10,544 bases of DNA from a virus (lineage: Duplodnaviria > Heunggongvirae > Uroviricota > Caudoviricetes), in IMG/VR virus record IMGVR_UViG_3300037264_002389, positions 1 to 10,544 of that record; one strand, given 5' to 3'. Made by a program: the position numbers and the translations under genes. The notes beneath the pieces are model-generated. The model saw only the letters and a list, made by a program, of their open reading frames with translations, did no database searches and had not been told where the DNA came from. Within the stretch, counting starts at the first letter, position 1. Each line of letters begins with the position of its first letter. Of the stretch, positions 8,033 through 10,544 are shown one piece after another.

Positions 8033-8701
8033 ATGAATGCCAATAATAGTTCTATTACTAAGTCTCTGGCACAGCGTATTGGAGTGTTTGTCGATGTTCA
8101 GAATATGTTCTATTCAGCAAAGCTGCTCCATCAAAGTAAATTGGATTATGGTAAATTGCTTAGAGAAATAGTTGGTGATAGACAGTTGGTTCGTGCTATT
8201 GCTTATATTGTCCAGAAACCTGATGTCAATCAAGTTGGTTTCCACGAAGCATTGACTAGACTTGGTTATGAATTGCGCGTTAAAGAATTGCGAATAAGGC
8301 AGGATGGTGATGGTAAAGGAAGCGCAAAGGGTGATTGGAATATTGGTTTAACCATTAATGCTTTATCAATGGTTAATAAGCTTGACGCAATTGCAATTGT
8401 GTCTGGCGATGGTGACTTTGCTCCTTTGGTTGAAGCACTTAAATTACACGGCTGTAGGGTTGAAGTATACAGTTTCGAACGTTCAACGGCCAGCGAATTG
8501 ATCAAAGTGGCTGATCAGTATATTCCAATTAGAGAAGATTGGATTTTCAAAGAAAAGAAATTTGAGAAGGAAGCTGCTGTTGATACAATACCAACTGGAC
8601 TTGGTTCGACTGCTCCAGGCGAGGTTGATATTAAAGATTTACCGAAAGATGAGGATGCTCAGCCAGTTGACAATAAATCGAAATTTGGAATATTTAGCTA
8701 A
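8033..8701 (+). CDS. NYN-domain (LabA/DUF88, PIN-like) protein, 222 aa
   Basis: VFVDVQNMFY...LDYGKLL...RAIAY...KGDW.IG....VSGDGDFAPLVEALKLHGCRVEV is a clear LabA/DUF88 pattern. The start is reassigned from 7964 to ATG 8033, 7 nt after AGGAG (8021-8025). Confidence 0.9.
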   Translation: MNANNSSITKSLAQRIGVFVDVQNMFYSAKLLHQSKLDYGKLLREIVGDRQLVRAIAYIVQKPDVNQVGFHEALTRLGYELRVKELRIRQDGDGKGSAKGDWNIGLTINALSMVNKLDAIAIVSGDGDFAPLVEALKLHGCRVEVYSFERSTASELIKVADQYIPIREDWIFKEKKFEKEAAVDTIPTGLGSTAPGEVDIKDLPKDEDAQPVDNKSKFGIFS

Positions 8702-8830
8702 TTGTTAAATCCTAATATGGATACCTAATCTGATTATATAGGTGTAAAGTCTATCTGTATAAATGGGTTATCAAGCAAAGATAATATTGAGGAAGTAAAG
8801 AGAAGAAAAGAACAGATAGGAGAGACTCTC

Positions 8831-9223
8831 ATGGCAAGTGCTCAGCCAGCCAACACGACTATCTCGGTGCTTCGCCGAGCGCGAGCCGTCAAGGACAACA
8901 GACGGCACACCTCGATTAAGCATCTCACCACCCCATTCGACTCGTTCTATGCGAGCGTACCGGGTGAAGAGGTGCAGGTGATCGAGAGCCGTGATGATAC
9001 ATTCCGGACCGATGCTTTCCGCTTTGGTCATCCTGTGGTTGTATCGCCGAGAGCGACCTGTTCGCTGCCGGATGTATACGCCGCAGTTGCTGGCCTGGAC
9101 TTCCCGGTGCGGATGGTTGGAAATCCGCGAGAAGTTCAGATCCAGAAGACGCTGGCCAACAAGGCCGACGATCTGTACGGAGAGATGCAGAACGCTTGTC
9201 CGTCAGATGCTTTCGTCGTCTAA
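8831..9223 (+). CDS. Hypothetical protein, 130 aa, high GC
   Basis: AGGAG SD just upstream. Hand counts give 224/393 G+C (57%) and about 82 of 130 codons ending in G/C, consistent with coding in this frame. A hairpin follows. Confidence 0.7.
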   Translation: MASAQPANTTISVLRRARAVKDNRRHTSIKHLTTPFDSFYASVPGEEVQVIESRDDTFRTDAFRFGHPVVVSPRATCSLPDVYAAVAGLDFPVRMVGNPREVQIQKTLANKADDLYGEMQNACPSDAFVV

Positions 9224-9245
9224 ACTGGCAGCATAGCAATTGGAT

Positions 9246-9284
9246 CAGGGCGGTGAACGATACAATGTTCACCGCCCTGTCTTT
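9246..9284 (+). terminator. Probable intrinsic terminator: perfect 13-bp stem, 8-nt loop, weak U-tract
   Basis: CAGGGCGGTGAAC (9246-9258) is the exact reverse complement of GTTCACCGCCCTG (9267-9279). The loop is GATACAAT and TCTTT follows. It begins 22 nt after the stop at 9223. Confidence 0.6.
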
Positions 9285-9295
9285 GGTGGCCTAAA

Positions 9296-9799
9296 ATGCC
9301 GACCACATTTTCAGAAGCACCAGGCAAAGCTTTCCACATACCATTCACCAGGTATGTGCCATTCACAGCATTCCTAAAATCAACCCCAATAAGAGGCAAG
9401 CGATTCGAAACCTATCGTGATCTCGAAAAAGAAGCGAATGCAATTGAAGATGCATTAGCAGCAATGTGTGGAACGAGCGACATAACAGATATAGCGCAAC
9501 CAATTAAATTCACACCACAATTTGGTAATAAATCAGCCAGATTTACGATACATGGTCATGCATGTGGACGAAACACATTTACCAAAGCACCAGTTGGTGA
9601 ACGTAGGGTAATAAATGCAGGTGAATACAAGACTGGCATTGGTGCAGCCAATAACTCGAATCGAATACCAGATCCAGAATTAGACACATTAGTTTCTAGT
9701 TTGAAGAGTACGATTGAAACAGCCACGGGACATAGTATAACGCGGATTGAATTAGCAGATTTTATTTATGGGGAAGGCGGAGTTCATTTCCCGATCTAA
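9296..9799 (+). CDS. Hypothetical protein, 167 aa
   Basis: ATG preceded by GGTGG, consistent A-ending codon bias, and it fills the region. No family recognised. Confidence 0.65.
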   Translation: MPTTFSEAPGKAFHIPFTRYVPFTAFLKSTPIRGKRFETYRDLEKEANAIEDALAAMCGTSDITDIAQPIKFTPQFGNKSARFTIHGHACGRNTFTKAPVGERRVINAGEYKTGIGAANNSNRIPDPELDTLVSSLKSTIETATGHSITRIELADFIYGEGGVHFPI

Positions 9800-10448
9800 G
9801 ATCATCACCACTCATAATGACCAAATAAGCCAGGCGAGCGATAATTGATGTTTCATAGTCGTCATATAAGTATTGATTTAGTCTTGAATATACTAAATTC
9901 AAGTCCTCAATAAAGGTGAAATCTAATTCGATTATCTTATTTTTAATATAGGAGCGTTTATCTGCTGAAACTCCAATCTTACGTTGTTTGATCACTTGTT
10001 TACTCTTATAAAAATTGTTGGCCTGTTCTTCAATCTCATCAAGTTTCATCTCACTCGCATTTTTACCAGTATAGGCAAGACCAAATTCAGTCTGAACATG
10101 CTCCGATAGCCTAGTAAATGGCAATTCCATTTGTCGATTGGTATGAATAATAATTGTATCGAGATCTTCGACTAATAAAGCAGCATAATTAAGCCGCAGA
10201 ACAGTACATTCCATAATTCGTTTATCTTCTTGTAATGCTGATTTTAGTCTCTTAATGTAGTCATCACGATCTTTTTGATGATTTAGCCAATCATGTAAAA
10301 TAATATCAACTGCTTGTTCAGGATTGCCTTCGATCCAGCGCCCTGTTAATACCATATCGTAAACAGCCAATGCAATGCGCGGATATAGTGAGTCAGCATA
10401 TCTTGCATTATACTTAAATGATTGATCATAGAGGCGCTGCTGGTCCAT
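9762..10448 (-). CDS. Hypothetical protein, 228 aa, probably mostly helical
   Basis: The only long ORF in this region, with AT-rich codons and a plausible protein composition. The SD is weak and no family was recognised. Confidence 0.65.
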   Translation of the reverse strand: MDQQRLYDQSFKYNARYADSLYPRIALAVYDMVLTGRWIEGNPEQAVDIILHDWLNHQKDRDDYIKRLKSALQEDKRIMECTVLRLNYAALLVEDLDTIIIHTNRQMELPFTRLSEHVQTEFGLAYTGKNASEMKLDEIEEQANNFYKSKQVIKQRKIGVSADKRSYIKNKIIELDFTFIEDLNLVYSRLNQYLYDDYETSIIARLAYLVIMSGDDLRSGNELRLPHK

Positions 10449-10487
10449 TTAATATATCTATCTCAAAAATATTAATGGAGAATTTCT

Positions 10488-10544
10488 ATGGCTATAATTG
10501 GACCTGAACAGCTACCAGTGGTTCTTAAATTACCATCTGATCCA
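10488..10544 (+). CDS. Start of a hypothetical protein, truncated by the window end (MAIIGPEQLPVVLKLPSDP...)
   Basis: ATG at 10488, 7 nt after GGAG (10477-10480), and the frame is open to the end of the window. It is absent from the supplied ORF track. Confidence 0.55.
   Translation, partial: MAIIGPEQLPVVLKLPSDP

Noticed and set aside
5353-8505. Minus-strand ORFs 5353-5595, 5685-5906, 6849-7178, 7379-7588, 7419-7682 and 8266-8505, and the + strand alternative-frame ORF 6449-6733
   Set aside because: They lie almost wholly within recognised or better-supported CDSs and show no independent SD or family signal.
9240-9266. Sigma70 promoter (TTGGAT...TACAAT) or N4-type hairpin promoter at the stem-loop
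   Set aside because: The -35 matches only 3/6 with a 15-nt spacer, and N4 virion RNAP promoters have short stems with 3-nt loops, unlike this 13-bp stem with an 8-nt loop.
8771-9272. Alternative ORFs over the high-GC block (8771-9031 -, 8925-9272 -, 8991-9236 +)
   Set aside because: High GC suppresses stop codons in all frames. Only 8831-9223 has an SD, boundaries matching the GC shift and a downstream hairpin.
8702-9295. tRNA, CRISPR array or IS/attachment-site repeats around the high-GC gene
   Set aside because: No cloverleaf, no repeat-spacer periodicity, and no matching direct or terminal inverted repeats at the two flanks that I could find by eye.
1-10544. Stop-codon reassignment, as seen in some large phages
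   Set aside because: All recognisable genes are full length in the standard code. TAA, TAG and TGA all end genes at sensible boundaries, and reading through the spike TAG at 4526 hits another TAG within 11 codons.

Overview
AT-rich (about 35-43% GC in sampled lines), densely coding segment that looks like part of a large contractile-tailed phage (myovirus); an extracellular contractile injection system is less likely. From 1 to 7407 is a + strand tail/baseplate operon: the 3' part of a tape-measure-like gene, a tube-initiator-like gene (P2 gpU/T4 gp48-gp54/CIS-tube type), a gp53/LysM-like wedge gene, a large gp5/VgrG-type spike, a coiled-coil orphan, a gp25-like gene and a gp6/baseplate-J-like gene. 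From 7453 the window switches to accessory genes: an orphan coupled to a LabA/DUF88 NYN-domain gene in which two normally acidic positions are Asn, a single ~57% GC gene bounded by a purine-rich leader and a perfect 13-bp hairpin, two convergent overlapping orphans, and the start of a divergent gene at the window end. I found no tRNA, rRNA, CRISPR array or mobile element, and all ORFs read cleanly in the standard code. Family assignments come from motif recognition by eye, with no database search.
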